A DNA stretch of 64,000 bases from an uncultured Candidatus Saccharibacteria bacterium. Lineage in GTDB: Bacteria > Patescibacteriota > Minisyncoccia > Phycocordibacterales > CAIZLB01. Both the position numbers and the translations under genes were made by a program. Positions 50,627-61,721 of the stretch are shown here, piece after piece (position 1 is the stretch's first letter; each line of letters begins with the position of its first letter). Under the pieces are notes generated by a model. That model made no database searches and was not told where the DNA came from. It was given only the letters and a program-made list of their open reading frames with translations. The DNA is taken from assembly GCA_964520545.1 (NCBI GenBank), contig CAZFOD010000003.1:20728-84727 (forward strand), given 5' to 3'.

Positions 50627-50998
50627 CTACTGCTTTTGTACGAAGGCGAGCAGTGCATCCAAGACGGCGGAAGGGCCGTCAATCTTCGAGATCATGTCGT
50701 TTGCTCCAAGCTTCAAGACCCAGGCTTTGAGTTCAGGGGTGGCATCCATACTGAACATCACAATTGGAAGGACTTCTGTAGGATACTTCAGGCGGAGCTT
50801 GGAAAGCAACACGTCTCCGTTCATCTGGGGCATTCGCATGTCCATGATGATGCCATCGCAGGGATTTTCTTCAAGCCACGATTCAACCAAGATGGGATCT
50901 CCGAGAGCCGTGACCACGCGATCTTTTCCTCGGAAGCATCTAACCAAGGTATCACGAATCATTGGGTGATCGTCTACAATGAGCAGATTCAATTTCAT
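50627..50998 (-). CDS. stand-alone response regulator receiver domain
   Basis: LIVDDH, MDMRMPQMNG phospho-Asp motif, FS, GAND.ISK. Confidence 0.9.
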   Translation of the reverse strand: MKLNLLIVDDHPMIRDTLVRCFRGKDRVVTALGDPILVESWLEENPCDGIIMDMRMPQMNGDVLLSKLRLKYPTEVLPIVMFSMDATPELKAWVLKLGANDMISKIDGPSAVLDALLAFVQKQ

Positions 50999-51134
50999 AC
51001 TAGGTACCGGGTTCTAATTCCACAGATATGACTCACCATGAGTCAGCAGGGAATTTGAAGGCTCTATGTATAGAGCTCTTAAATCCACAGCCGACCCTAC
51101 AAGGAACAATATGACCAAACAGTAGCACTAGATA

Positions 51135-52025
51135 TTAGGGTGTCAATCTTACCTGAAGTGTAGATGATGCTGTCAATTCTAATTCGTAGAAACCTGTTTT
51201 GCCTCCTTTAACAAATATTCGCTGATCAAGTTCTCGAAAATCGAGATCACCGTTAAGTAATTTAAAGGTATTCTTTGGAGCGCGCTGATCTAGTTCGGTG
51301 ATGAAGATACCATTCTTTGTTGAATATATAATGATGTCATTGCGGCCTTGGTAGAATTCAGCTCGTTTCACTTTTGTTGATACGAATGTAAATGCTGTTT
51401 CGCACTTAGACCGCTCTTCGTCGCAGAAATAGTAGGGAACAGATTCGGTACTTCCTCTCCATATTGCACTCATGCTTGAAGTGGACAAAACAATCTCAAT
51501 ATCCTTACGAACTATGGATGTTGATGTTGCCTTAACTAACCTGTTTGTAGACGAAGTGCTGGTGGTTGTAGAGAAAAGAGAAGTAAGTTGTATATATAGC
51601 GGGTTCGTAGATGTTGCTCGTCCAGGGGCAACAAATGTCTTTTGAATTGATGTTGTAGAGATGACAGTTGGAACTAGATATGGATATGCTTCTGCAACCT
51701 TCTTTGAAGTTACATTCACGGTCTTGATCCAAGGAAGATATCCTTCTTTAGTGATACTTAACTCGTAACTTTTAGGGACAAGCTCATCAACAAAAAGACT
51801 TCTGTCAAAGAAGCTTGTTTCTGTTGCTAACTTTCCATCCACATACACACTCGCACCTGATTCAGGATAGTAGACATATATACCTCCAGTTGGAGTCAAA
51901 GAGAGGTCTTTTCCAACTCGATATCCTGTAGAGTACAGGATAACAAGGGGCATGAGGAGGGCAAAAATGGCTATGAAGACAAGAAAGACGATGAATCTTT
52001 TGCCGACGTGCATGGGTTCGGTCAT
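51135..52025 (-). CDS. PEGA-domain membrane-anchored protein
   Basis: TM helix, YPESGASVYVDG, YELSITKEGY..W. Confidence 0.75.
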   Translation of the reverse strand: MTEPMHVGKRFIVFLVFIAIFALLMPLVILYSTGYRVGKDLSLTPTGGIYVYYPESGASVYVDGKLATETSFFDRSLFVDELVPKSYELSITKEGYLPWIKTVNVTSKKVAEAYPYLVPTVISTTSIQKTFVAPGRATSTNPLYIQLTSLFSTTTSTSSTNRLVKATSTSIVRKDIEIVLSTSSMSAIWRGSTESVPYYFCDEERSKCETAFTFVSTKVKRAEFYQGRNDIIIYSTKNGIFITELDQRAPKNTFKLLNGDLDFRELDQRIFVKGGKTGFYELELTASSTLQVRLTP

Positions 52026-52075
52026 AGAGGTTTTAGATACCTAATATACCACTTAAACCCATATATATCAACCTC

Positions 52076-53635
52076 TTAATCGTGTTTGGTGTATTTCGGC
52101 GTAACCCAGAACCCCATGTATTTACCAAGGAGAAGTCTTGTCTGTGCTTCAATTCCAGGGATGGCTCCGAAGACAATGATTGTGACAGGCACGAACACCC
52201 ACTGAAGGAGCATAATCAGCTTGTCTCGCTTTCTGTTTCTCTGTGCATTGAATGGCAAGAAGCTAAGGAAGGCAAGGGCACTTACCACGAGTCCAACCAT
52301 AGCAAGAATCATGAGATTTCTGGTGATGATTGGGAGGTTGTATGAAAGTACTGTTGTATTAAAGGATCTTCCTCCGAGAATGAGTGGAAGCCAACCAAGA
52401 AGAAGGATGAGAAGAGGGTTTGTAGCAAGAGACCAATATCCTTCAAGCTGAACAAATGAAACCTTAATTTTTTGCTTTAAAGGGATTTGTTTGTTCTTAA
52501 GAAAACCGAAAAGTATATATGGAATGTTTTCTGACCCCCAAGCCCAACGTCTTTGCTGTTTGTAGATATTCCTTAACGTTTGCCAAAATGTGGGAGCGAA
52601 GTTTGCATCCATAGATACAGGATATGCAAGAGGAACAGCTTTGTAGTTTCCATTGAATGCAAGGAAAGCATTCCAGAAGATACGAGAATCTTCAGATACC
52701 ATGTTGCGCTGCCAATATCCAATCTCATGAAGGGTCTTAAATGGAACAGTGTGTGAAGAGAACGTTACGTTCTTCTCAGGTCTTTCCTGCTGTACCATCT
52801 GCCAGAAAGTACTAGAACCGGCCATAACTCGTGAAAGAGCTGGGACATCCCAGATATTGTTATTGTAGAGCGGTACAGGCTGATATGAGGCCCTGTAGCG
52901 GTCTTCTGTGGTAAGGAAGTACCATGTTACGCAATTGAAGTAGTGGTCATATACAAGAGTGTCGATGTCGAGGGCTGAAACTAAAATATCTCCATAAGGA
53001 ATATTATTAGGATCAATCACTCGCTTCTTTGTTTCCTCCATGGCGTATGAGATGTTTGATCCCTTTCCAATCAGCTCTCCAACGGTGTCTTTTGGGTGAA
53101 CTGTGGTAATGAAGGAATGGAACTTTGAACCAAACTTGTTCTCCATAGCTGTAGCAATATCAGTAGCTTCTTTTCCTCTCTTTTCTTCTGCTGCAAGCAC
53201 AACGATCATCTTTTTAAGGTCATACTTTGAATCCGCTAGATTCACTAGTGTCTTTTCAATGGTTTCAGCATCTTCACTGTAGAAAGGAAGAAGTATTACA
53301 TGATATATGTGCTCATACTTGAGATTAGCGAGCATAGGACGCCAATCTATTGCAAGGTTATGCTTAATTCGCATCCAATTTCTCCTTAGGAAATATGAAA
53401 GATATATGGTTTTCAAAAGCCAGTAGAGGTCGAATACGATGACGAATATAGAGGCCGCCATTGGAGCGAAATATGACAAAACTATGGTTCCTAGAATAGT
53501 GCCCCACGTCAAAACCCCTGGAACCGTCTCAAGTAGGCGATAGATGACCCGATCCCTTCCGGTAAGGTCCGAGGCCTTTCCGACGTGAAAATAGGGCGTA
53601 TCCCTATACAGTGTTTCAGACATATGTTGGAACAT
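52076..53635 (-). CDS. membrane family 2 glycosyltransferase (processive-type motifs)
   Basis: DID, SED, QQRRW motifs with flanking TM helices. Confidence 0.85.
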   Translation of the reverse strand: MFQHMSETLYRDTPYFHVGKASDLTGRDRVIYRLLETVPGVLTWGTILGTIVLSYFAPMAASIFVIVFDLYWLLKTIYLSYFLRRNWMRIKHNLAIDWRPMLANLKYEHIYHVILLPFYSEDAETIEKTLVNLADSKYDLKKMIVVLAAEEKRGKEATDIATAMENKFGSKFHSFITTVHPKDTVGELIGKGSNISYAMEETKKRVIDPNNIPYGDILVSALDIDTLVYDHYFNCVTWYFLTTEDRYRASYQPVPLYNNNIWDVPALSRVMAGSSTFWQMVQQERPEKNVTFSSHTVPFKTLHEIGYWQRNMVSEDSRIFWNAFLAFNGNYKAVPLAYPVSMDANFAPTFWQTLRNIYKQQRRWAWGSENIPYILFGFLKNKQIPLKQKIKVSFVQLEGYWSLATNPLLILLLGWLPLILGGRSFNTTVLSYNLPIITRNLMILAMVGLVVSALAFLSFLPFNAQRNRKRDKLIMLLQWVFVPVTIIVFGAIPGIEAQTRLLLGKYMGFWVTPKYTKHD

Positions 53636-53724
53636 ACTACCATAAATAGGGCTAAAAATAAAGGGTTAACCCTGAAAACACACCCCTTGCATATTCACAA
53701 CAAAATCATTAGAATTGGCTTCAC

Positions 53725-54327
53725 ATGACAGACGAACTTAACAAGGATATTGAAAAAGAATTGCAAGAAGGCGATGTAGAGACTGAGCCGATATCTGGCT
53801 CTGACGATGTCGTTGTAGACGAAGATGCCGAGCTTGGAACAGCAGAGGTGGTTAAAAAGCTTCGCGAAAAACTTAAGGTCGCAGTAGATGAAAAACAGAA
53901 ATATCTTGATGGGTGGCAACGAGACAAGGCAGAATTCGTTAACGCTCGAAAGAGAGACGAGGAATCAAAGAAAGAATACATCAGATTTGCAGCGGAGAAG
54001 ATTGTTGAAGACATGCTCCCTGTATTAGATGCCTTTGATATGGCAATGGCAAACAAAGCATCTTGGGAGAGTGCACCTGCCGAATGGCGTAAAGGAGTAG
54101 AAGGTATACATCAGCAACTTTTGGGGGCATTTGCAAAGAATGAAGTGCAGCCATTTGGTACCATCGGGGATATGTTTGATCCAAATATGTATCATTCCAT
54201 CTCAACAGTCCCAACAGAAGAGAAAGCAAAAGATCACACCATTGCAGAAATATTGCAGAAGGGATATAACATAAAGGAAAAGGTACTACGACCTGCACTT
54301 GTACGAGTATTTGAGTTTCAAGGATAG
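53725..54327 (+). CDS. grpE: nucleotide exchange factor GrpE
   Basis: AEFVNARKR, LPVLD, FDPNMYH, QKGY....VLRPALV. Confidence 0.95.
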   Translation: MTDELNKDIEKELQEGDVETEPISGSDDVVVDEDAELGTAEVVKKLREKLKVAVDEKQKYLDGWQRDKAEFVNARKRDEESKKEYIRFAAEKIVEDMLPVLDAFDMAMANKASWESAPAEWRKGVEGIHQQLLGAFAKNEVQPFGTIGDMFDPNMYHSISTVPTEEKAKDHTIAEILQKGYNIKEKVLRPALVRVFEFQG

Positions 54328-54344
54328 AAAAAACTAGAAATACA

Positions 54345-54740
54345 ATGAACATAATAAAACGAGACAATCAAAGAGCAGTCATCCACCTCTCGAAGATTCG
54401 AGGAACCGAGATGTTCTTTGCTCGTGCAATTGTGTTCACTCTCACATTCAATGGATCATATACGTCCCATCTTATTGGTATTAAAAAGATGTCTGCTGCT
54501 GAAGCAGAAGAGCTCCGCTCCCAGGTAGAAATACTTTCCCAATATAATATTACACTCGTTGATGCAGACGCTTCCGCAGCAGAGATTGTTGTAGCTACCG
54601 CTCTTCTTGGCGTCACAAGCAAAGCTACAACTGAGTCGACGGAAAAACCAGAGGTTTCAATCCCATCTCCATATGCTTCAAAGATAGGTATTCTTGAAGC
54701 ATTCTTTTCAACGCAAAAGACCAGAGCCCCTACATTGTAG
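54345..54740 (+). CDS. hypothetical protein
   Basis: 131 aa co-oriented ORF between grpE and dnaK. Confidence 0.55.
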   Translation: MNIIKRDNQRAVIHLSKIRGTEMFFARAIVFTLTFNGSYTSHLIGIKKMSAAEAEELRSQVEILSQYNITLVDADASAAEIVVATALLGVTSKATTESTEKPEVSIPSPYASKIGILEAFFSTQKTRAPTL

Positions 54741-54809
54741 ACATATGTATTTGAATATCAGTACGTCTGATAATTCATATTTGTATCAATTAACATATCT
54801 ACAACAATT

Positions 54810-56687
54810 ATGGCTAAAATAATCGGTATCGACTTAGGTACCACAAACTCAGCAGTAGCAATCATGGAGGTTGGCGAGCCAAAGATTCTGGAAAATACAG
54901 AAGGAGCGCGAACTACTCCATCTATTGTGGCAATATCAAAGACAAACGAGAGACTCGTTGGTCTTCTTGCAAAGCGACAGGCGGTAACGAACCCAAAGAA
55001 CACAGTTTACGGAATTAAGCGATTCATCGGACACAGCTTTGAAGAAAGCGGTGTGCAGCAGGACATGAAGACAGTTCCTTATGAAGTAACAAAAGCAGAC
55101 AACGGTGGTGTGAAGGTAAAACTTGCTGATAAATTCTATTCACCTGAAGAAATTTCAGCGATGATTCTTACCAAACTAAAGAACGACGCTGAAGCAAAGC
55201 TTGGTGAGAAAGTGACTGAAGCAATTATCACAGTTCCAGCCTACTTCAATGACTCACAGAGACAAGCGACAAAAGATGCTGGAAAGATTGCAGGATTGGA
55301 CGTAAAGAGAATCATCAATGAACCAACTGCAGCAGCGCTCGCATATGGATTCAATAAGAAAAAGGATGAGAAGATTGCCGTATTCGACTTCGGAGGTGGT
55401 ACATTCGACGTATCCATTCTCGAAGTAGGTGATGATGTTGTCGAAGTAAAAGCAACTGACGGAGATCATCGACTCGGAGGAAGAGACATCGATTACAAAG
55501 TACTAAATTGGATTGCCGACGAATTCAAAAAGGACAGTGGGATTGATGTACGAGGTGATGCTCTTGCAATGCAGCGACTTGATGAAGCAGCTGAAAAAGC
55601 AAAGATTGAACTTTCTACAGCGACAGACACTGAAATCAACATCCCATTCCTCACATCAGACTCATCTGGCCCTAAGCACCTTGTTATGAAGCTCACAAGA
55701 GCAAAACTTGAAGAGCTAGCAGGTGAATTCATTGAAAGGGCAATGCAAATTACAAAGAGAGCTCTCGAGGCGTCTCCATTCAAGGTCGGAGAAATCAATG
55801 AGGTAGTACTCGTTGGAGGGCAAACTCGAATGCCAAAGATTCAGCAGCTTGTAAAAGAATTCTTTGGAAAAGAGCCTAACAAATCAATTAACCCTGATGA
55901 AGTAGTAGCACTCGGTGCCGCTATTCAAGGAGGTATCATTGCTGGAGACGTGAAAGATATTCTTCTTCTTGATGTAATACCTCTATCACTCGGTATTGAA
56001 ACAATGGGTAATGTTGCGACAAAACTCATTGAAAAGAACACAACAATTCCAACTTCAAGATCTCAGGTGTTCTCAACTGCAGCTGACAATCAAACATCTG
56101 TGGAAATCCATATCGTGCAGGGAGAACGAGCTATGGCACGAGACAATAAGTCATTAGGACGATTCATCTTAGACGGAATTCCACCAGCTCCTAGAGGAAT
56201 GCCTCAAGTAGAAGTGAGCTTCGATGTCGATGCAAACGGTATCCTTAATGTAAAAGCTAGGGACAAAACATCTAACAAGGAACAATCTATCCGTATAGAA
56301 GCAAGCTCAGGACTTTCAAAGGATGATATTGAAAAGATGAAGAAGGATGCGGAAGCACACGAAGCAGAAGACAAGAAAAAGAAAGAGGAGGTTGAAACAA
56401 GAAACCTTGCTGAACAAATGATCTATACCGCTGAAAAGGCAGTTGCAGACAACAAGGATAAAGTTTCAGCTGAATTAATCGCTGGTGTTGAAGAGAAAAT
56501 TAAGGCGGCAAAGACAGCAAAAGACGGCTCAGATATTGAAGCTGTAAAGAAGGCAGCTGAAGAACTTTCAGCTGAACTTTCAAAGATTGGGGAAGCTATG
56601 CAGAAAGCTGCATCTGAGAAAGCTCCTGAACAACCTCAGGCTGGTAATGAACCAGAAGGAAACGTTCGAGACGCAGAAACTAAGTAA
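54810..56687 (+). CDS. dnaK: chaperone DnaK
   Basis: [36 protein letters not shown]. Confidence 0.98.
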   Translation: MAKIIGIDLGTTNSAVAIMEVGEPKILENTEGARTTPSIVAISKTNERLVGLLAKRQAVTNPKNTVYGIKRFIGHSFEESGVQQDMKTVPYEVTKADNGGVKVKLADKFYSPEEISAMILTKLKNDAEAKLGEKVTEAIITVPAYFNDSQRQATKDAGKIAGLDVKRIINEPTAAALAYGFNKKKDEKIAVFDFGGGTFDVSILEVGDDVVEVKATDGDHRLGGRDIDYKVLNWIADEFKKDSGIDVRGDALAMQRLDEAAEKAKIELSTATDTEINIPFLTSDSSGPKHLVMKLTRAKLEELAGEFIERAMQITKRALEASPFKVGEINEVVLVGGQTRMPKIQQLVKEFFGKEPNKSINPDEVVALGAAIQGGIIAGDVKDILLLDVIPLSLGIETMGNVATKLIEKNTTIPTSRSQVFSTAADNQTSVEIHIVQGERAMARDNKSLGRFILDGIPPAPRGMPQVEVSFDVDANGILNVKARDKTSNKEQSIRIEASSGLSKDDIEKMKKDAEAHEAEDKKKKEEVETRNLAEQMIYTAEKAVADNKDKVSAELIAGVEEKIKAAKTAKDGSDIEAVKKAAEELSAELSKIGEAMQKAASEKAPEQPQAGNEPEGNVRDAETK

Positions 56688-56788
56688 GTAACTCATCAAC
56701 TGACAAATACATGTCAGTTGAGGGGCGGGAAATCGATATATTCGATGATCGGCCTCTCTGCTGATGATTAATAACCATAAAATTAAAC

Positions 56789-57688
56789 ATGTCTAAGGAC
56801 TATTACAAAATACTGGGGGTAGACAAGAGCGCCACGAAAGACGAGATAAAGAAGGCGTTCCGAAAATTGGCGCATGAGCACCACCCTGACAAAAAAGAGG
56901 GTAATGCTGAAAAGTTTAAAGAGGCGAGTGAAGCGTACTCAACTCTTTCAGACGATCAGAAAAGAGCTCAATACGATCAATTCGGATCAGCAGGTCCTCA
57001 AGGATTCGGTGGTGGACAGGGTGGCTTCGGTGGACAAGGCTTCGACTTCAATGGTTTTGATTTTTCACAATTTGGAGGACAAGGATTTGGAGGTGAAAAC
57101 ATGGAGTTTGATTTGGGCGACATACTAGGCAGCATGTTCGGAGGAGGCCGCGGTCGAGTACGACGAGGAGCCAATGTTACTATCGATATTGAAATTACAT
57201 TTAAAGAATCAGTCTTTGGAACCGAAAAACAGATTTCATATACAAAATCTTCGACAAAAAAGAAGGAGTCTTTTGTTATTAAAATACCACCAGGAATAGA
57301 CAGCGGAGAAATGCTTCGAGTTACAGGCAAGGGAGAAGAAGTAGATGGTGGACGAGCTGGTGACTTATATGTAAGAGTGCACGTTAAGCTTGATAAGCAT
57401 CTTCATAAAGAAGGGCACAATCTTGTGACTTCAATCTCTTTGAAACTTTCTGAGGCACTACTAGGAGGCGAGCGAACAATTGAAACCGCAGATGGACCAT
57501 TGACCATTAAGATTCCAGAAGGAGTATCCAACGGAGAAATACTTCGAGTGCGCGGAAAAGGTGTTGCATTCAATTCAGGTAGTTCACAGCGTGGAGACCT
57601 CCTTATTAAAATATTGATTGATATGCCGAAGAAACTAAACAAGGAATCCAGAAAAATTGTTGAACAATTACGGGATCAGGGATTATAG
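56789..57688 (+). CDS. dnaJ: DnaJ-class chaperone lacking the zinc-finger domain
   Basis: J domain with HPD, G/F-rich linker, C-terminal domain, no CxxCxGxG repeats. Confidence 0.9.
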   Translation: MSKDYYKILGVDKSATKDEIKKAFRKLAHEHHPDKKEGNAEKFKEASEAYSTLSDDQKRAQYDQFGSAGPQGFGGGQGGFGGQGFDFNGFDFSQFGGQGFGGENMEFDLGDILGSMFGGGRGRVRRGANVTIDIEITFKESVFGTEKQISYTKSSTKKKESFVIKIPPGIDSGEMLRVTGKGEEVDGGRAGDLYVRVHVKLDKHLHKEGHNLVTSISLKLSEALLGGERTIETADGPLTIKIPEGVSNGEILRVRGKGVAFNSGSSQRGDLLIKILIDMPKKLNKESRKIVEQLRDQGL

Positions 57689-57724
57689 TATTTACTTAAC
57701 GGCGTTTGCTTATATAATTATCAC

Positions 57725-58198
57725 ATGACAAACATCGTTCTTCTGATCGTATTTGCTGTAATAGCAATTTTTGCATTTTATAAAGGTAAGGGAATTATTT
57801 TCGGGGTAATCACAAGCTTCTATCCTGCTATAGTTGTGTATAAAGCATTTCCGTACATCGACAATGTTATTTTCTTCAAAGATACTTCGCTACAAATATT
57901 CCTATCACACCTTCTTGTGTTCTTTGTAATCTTCGTTCCAATATTCTTTGCAGTTCAACGTATTACGCATACAAGTGGCGGAAGAGGTGGAATTTCAGGC
58001 CTCATAGACGCAGCATTGCTCGCTGTTTCGGTGATAGGTTTAAGCCTTGTCTTGTCTCTCCATATACTCCCAGCACGAGATATATACAATCTCACCTCAT
58101 CAATGCTCAAGTTTTTCAACTCAGAACTCGGATATTTCCTGTCGCTCGTAGTGCCACTGGGCGTCATATTTCACATGTCACGACGATCATTCTACTAA
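57725..58198 (+). CDS. membrane protein (CvpA-like topology)
   Basis: Four to five hydrophobic helices. Confidence 0.6.
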   Translation: MTNIVLLIVFAVIAIFAFYKGKGIIFGVITSFYPAIVVYKAFPYIDNVIFFKDTSLQIFLSHLLVFFVIFVPIFFAVQRITHTSGGRGGISGLIDAALLAVSVIGLSLVLSLHILPARDIYNLTSSMLKFFNSELGYFLSLVVPLGVIFHMSRRSFY

Positions 58199-58205
58199 TC
58201 AGCAT

Positions 58206-58913
58206 ATGCCCACTGTAATATTGCAACCTGCAAAGATCCGCCAAACAATGTCGATGCAACGACGTGTCAATTTAGACGTACAAACCTATGTAGCAAAAGT
58301 TACCCAAGGTTTTGGTACCATATTCTTTCGAATCTTGTACAGTATTCTTTTTAAGATTGAAATATTCGGCAAAGAGAACATTGCAAATGAAAAAGGGCCG
58401 ATGATTATAGTCTCAAACCATGTAGTATTCTTCGACAGCTTCATTTTTCATCTTTTCTTTGCCCCGAACGCTTCGTTGTTACCACTACGCTTCATGGCTG
58501 TAACAAAATTCCAAGTACCATTCTTAAACTTTTTAAGCAAAATTAGAGTTATACACTTCATATATCTACTCTTTGGTGTTTTTGTTGTTAAACAAGGAGA
58601 AGGCCTTGAGAAAAATCTACAGAATGCCGTAGACATACTTAAAAGAGGAGGCACTGTTACAATATTTCCTGCGGGACACATGCGAGGTGATAATTCACTT
58701 GGAGAATTCAAGCGTGGTGCAGCAGCTCTTGCTCAACTTACTGACTCACCAGTTATTCCAGTCGCAATCAAGAGAGTGCGAGAGAAAGGGAAAAGAACTC
58801 GATTTACATTGCTTGTTGGAAAAAAGTTTAAAATGGACAAACATCAATCATTTGAACAGGGAACAGCTTTCATACGTAGCAAGATTGAAGAACTCCACAA
58901 TCAGATATCCTAG
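58206..58913 (+). CDS. plsC: lysophospholipid acyltransferase (PlsC family)
   Basis: NHVVFFD (NHX4D), IFPAG, FKRGAA, PVIPV. Confidence 0.85.
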   Translation: MPTVILQPAKIRQTMSMQRRVNLDVQTYVAKVTQGFGTIFFRILYSILFKIEIFGKENIANEKGPMIIVSNHVVFFDSFIFHLFFAPNASLLPLRFMAVTKFQVPFLNFLSKIRVIHFIYLLFGVFVVKQGEGLEKNLQNAVDILKRGGTVTIFPAGHMRGDNSLGEFKRGAAALAQLTDSPVIPVAIKRVREKGKRTRFTLLVGKKFKMDKHQSFEQGTAFIRSKIEELHNQIS

Positions 58914-58959
58914 AAATTTAGACTTGATGATATAATCAGCTTACACCGCAGAACTTTAC

Positions 58960-60054
58960 ATGAAAAAATTTGCTTTTCTCGTACACCCACGTGATAACAC
59001 GGACTTCTTAAGAAGATTTCCATATCTTCGTTTTTTGCCAGAAAGCTTTTTATCATTCCTCACAAAGTACATGCCGCCTGTAACAGTGTCGAACATTACA
59101 GGTCTAACTACAAAAGAGGGAACTCCGATCGAAGGATACATTATTGCCGTTACTATGACTGCAAAACAAATGATGGAGGATCGTGAGCACGCTTTGAAGA
59201 AGATAATAAGTGCGGCGAAGTTTGCCGAAAAGAAAGGTGTTGGAATGATTGGATTTGGAGCACTCACTTCCTCTCTTTCTAAGGGAGGACTTGATGTTGT
59301 GCCTGCTGTAAAAGAGATGGGTATCACAACCGGCCGAGCATATACAACAAAAACAGTCACCGATTACGTTAAAAAGTGTGTTGAAGATTTTGGGTTTGAT
59401 AAAAGTAAAGTAAAAGTAGCTGTCGTAGGAGCTGGAGGATCTATTGGTTCTAGTTGTGCAAGAATATTAGCGGCCTGGGGTGTTAGGAATTTCATATTCA
59501 TCGATACTGAGAAACGTGCTTCACATCTCAAGAAACAAGTTGAGCACATGTCATCAGTACACTTTGATGCAAAAATTGATATCTCGCATGCAATTGCAGA
59601 CATTAAAGGGTGGGATATCATTATTACAGCTACAAATACTCCAGAAGCAGTCATTTCTTCCTCAGACCTTATGGCCGGAGCGATTGTAATTAACGATGCA
59701 CAGCCTTCTGATGTTCCAAACAGCGTCATAAAGGAACGAGACGATGTCCTAATCATAGAAGGAGGCGTCATACATACTCCGGGTATTAAGTGTAACTTTA
59801 ACCTGGGGCTCGCAGGAAGAGAAGATACTTTTTGCTGTTTGGGAGAAGTGCTTGTCTTGGCAAGAGAGGGACATTTTGAAAACTATGCACTTGGTGAGCT
59901 AGATACAGACCTTGTAGCTCACATCGAGGAAATGGCTACAGACCTCAAATTTAGTATCTCTCGTTTCCAGAACTCGGTACAAAGATACATTCCTGATGTG
60001 CAGATAGAAAAAGTGCGAGGTATAATCAAAGAGCGTTTAACATCGGGCTCGTAG
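58960..60054 (+). CDS. acyl-ACP/acyl-CoA reductase-like dehydrogenase (COG5322 type)
   Basis: FAFLVHP, GFGALTS, TTGRAYT, Rossmann VVGAGGSIG, DAQPSDV, FCCLGE (catalytic-Cys position). Confidence 0.75.
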   Translation: MKKFAFLVHPRDNTDFLRRFPYLRFLPESFLSFLTKYMPPVTVSNITGLTTKEGTPIEGYIIAVTMTAKQMMEDREHALKKIISAAKFAEKKGVGMIGFGALTSSLSKGGLDVVPAVKEMGITTGRAYTTKTVTDYVKKCVEDFGFDKSKVKVAVVGAGGSIGSSCARILAAWGVRNFIFIDTEKRASHLKKQVEHMSSVHFDAKIDISHAIADIKGWDIIITATNTPEAVISSSDLMAGAIVINDAQPSDVPNSVIKERDDVLIIEGGVIHTPGIKCNFNLGLAGREDTFCCLGEVLVLAREGHFENYALGELDTDLVAHIEEMATDLKFSISRFQNSVQRYIPDVQIEKVRGIIKERLTSGS

Positions 60055-60064
60055 AACTTAGTAC

Positions 60065-61669
60065 ATGAATTACATCACACTCTCACTTGTCATCATCGCA
60101 ACCATTAACTCCGCACTCGGATTAATGCTTGTACTAAGCAGCCAGCGCCATTATGCCGGTAAGATATATGCCATAAACGTACTCATGATTCTTTCATGGA
60201 TATTCGGCATGTTCTTCTACAGAATATCCACCCCTGACCAAGTATTAATGTGGACAAAGCTCCTATATTTCTTTGCATCACTCATTGCAAGTAGCTTCCT
60301 CTACTTTACATATATTTTCCCAGTTAAAGAGGAAAACTTTAACAGGAACAAGAAGCTATCCATTGTTCTACCGAACGTAATTATTGGTTTTTTAATCCTC
60401 CTTGGTAACCACATCATTAAAGGGGCTCAGGTTGTTGAGACAGGTGAAAACCATATTCAGTTCGGTAACTTCTACATCCTCTATATCGTTTACATACTCT
60501 CGTTCTTCATGTACGCATTCTTCCGCCTATACAAAAAATATAAGTACTCTGAAGACCCTACTGAAAAACGACAAGCTCTCTACCTCTTGGTTGGATATTC
60601 GACATCAGCAAATATCGCTTTCGTAACAAACCTCATTCTGCCATGGCTTGGATTCTTTGAATTTAACTGGGTAGGACAGGTCTCAACGGTAACGATGGTA
60701 ACATTTGCGACATACTCCATTGCAAAGCATCAATTGTTTAACATCAAAGCCATTGCCGTTGAACTCTTCGTTGGAGTTCTGTGGATCCTTCTCCTTCTCC
60801 GTACAGTCGTCGCAAATACGTTCGAAGACAGAATCTTCAATGGGGTATTGCTCGTCCTTACGATTCCTGTAGGAGTTGCTCTCATTAAGGGTGTACTCTC
60901 GGAGATCCGAAGTAGGGAAAAGATTGAACGACTTGCGCAAGACCTTGAGCAGGCCAATATTCGATTGAAGGAACTCGATCAACAGAAGTCTGAATTCGTT
61001 TCTCTAGCCTCACACCAGCTTCGAGGTCCGCTTACGGCAATCAAAGGCTATGCTTCAATGCTTCTTGATGGAGATTTTGGAGAAGTGAAAGATGGTATTA
61101 GAGATGCTGTCGACAAGATATTTAAATCAACACAGGATCTTGTAGTTCTCGTTGGAGACTATCTTAACGTATCAAGAATTGAGCAGGGAAGAATGGAATA
61201 TGACTTCACTCAATTTGATCTTAAGGCATTAGTAGGTACGGTAGTTGCTGAACTTCGTCCTACAATAGAAAAAGCAAACCTTACCCTCGACTATACGTAC
61301 GATGCTGGGCAAGAATATCAAATTAATGCAGATATTGGGAAGATAAAGCAAGTCATTGGAAACATAATCGACAATGGTATTAAATATACACCTCATGGAA
61401 GCATCCATGTGCTACTGGCACAAGGAGCCCCTGGAAAGATTCTTCTCAGTATTTCAGATACCGGTGTAGGAATTCCAAGCGAAGTACTCCCAAGACTTTT
61501 TGAAAAATTTACTCGTGCCCCTGATGCTTCAAAAACAAATATCATGGGTACAGGTCTTGGATTGTATGTAGCTCGGAAAATGATTGAAGCACACCATGGA
61601 AGAATCTGGGCTGAATCACCAGGGCAAGGAAAAGGTTCAACATTCTTCATAGAGTTTGATGCTGCTTAG
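60065..61669 (+). CDS. membrane sensor histidine kinase (HisKA_7TM-like N-terminus)
   Basis: Multi-TM N-terminus, SHQLRGPL, NIIDNGIKYT, DTGVG, GTGLGL. Confidence 0.93.
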   Translation: MNYITLSLVIIATINSALGLMLVLSSQRHYAGKIYAINVLMILSWIFGMFFYRISTPDQVLMWTKLLYFFASLIASSFLYFTYIFPVKEENFNRNKKLSIVLPNVIIGFLILLGNHIIKGAQVVETGENHIQFGNFYILYIVYILSFFMYAFFRLYKKYKYSEDPTEKRQALYLLVGYSTSANIAFVTNLILPWLGFFEFNWVGQVSTVTMVTFATYSIAKHQLFNIKAIAVELFVGVLWILLLLRTVVANTFEDRIFNGVLLVLTIPVGVALIKGVLSEIRSREKIERLAQDLEQANIRLKELDQQKSEFVSLASHQLRGPLTAIKGYASMLLDGDFGEVKDGIRDAVDKIFKSTQDLVVLVGDYLNVSRIEQGRMEYDFTQFDLKALVGTVVAELRPTIEKANLTLDYTYDAGQEYQINADIGKIKQVIGNIIDNGIKYTPHGSIHVLLAQGAPGKILLSISDTGVGIPSEVLPRLFEKFTRAPDASKTNIMGTGLGLYVARKMIEAHHGRIWAESPGQGKGSTFFIEFDAA

Positions 61670-61721
61670 GGATATATAAAAGTTATGGCGGACGAATCGC
61701 AAGGATTCGCCCGCCATTTAA

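Noticed and set aside
53636-53724. CIRCE operator upstream of grpE-dnaK
   Set aside because: No TTAGCACTC-N9-GAGTGCTAA match
56725-56770. Hammerhead ribozyme (CTGATGA and GAAA present)
   Set aside because: Stem order does not fit the core and the would-be cleavage triplet ends in G
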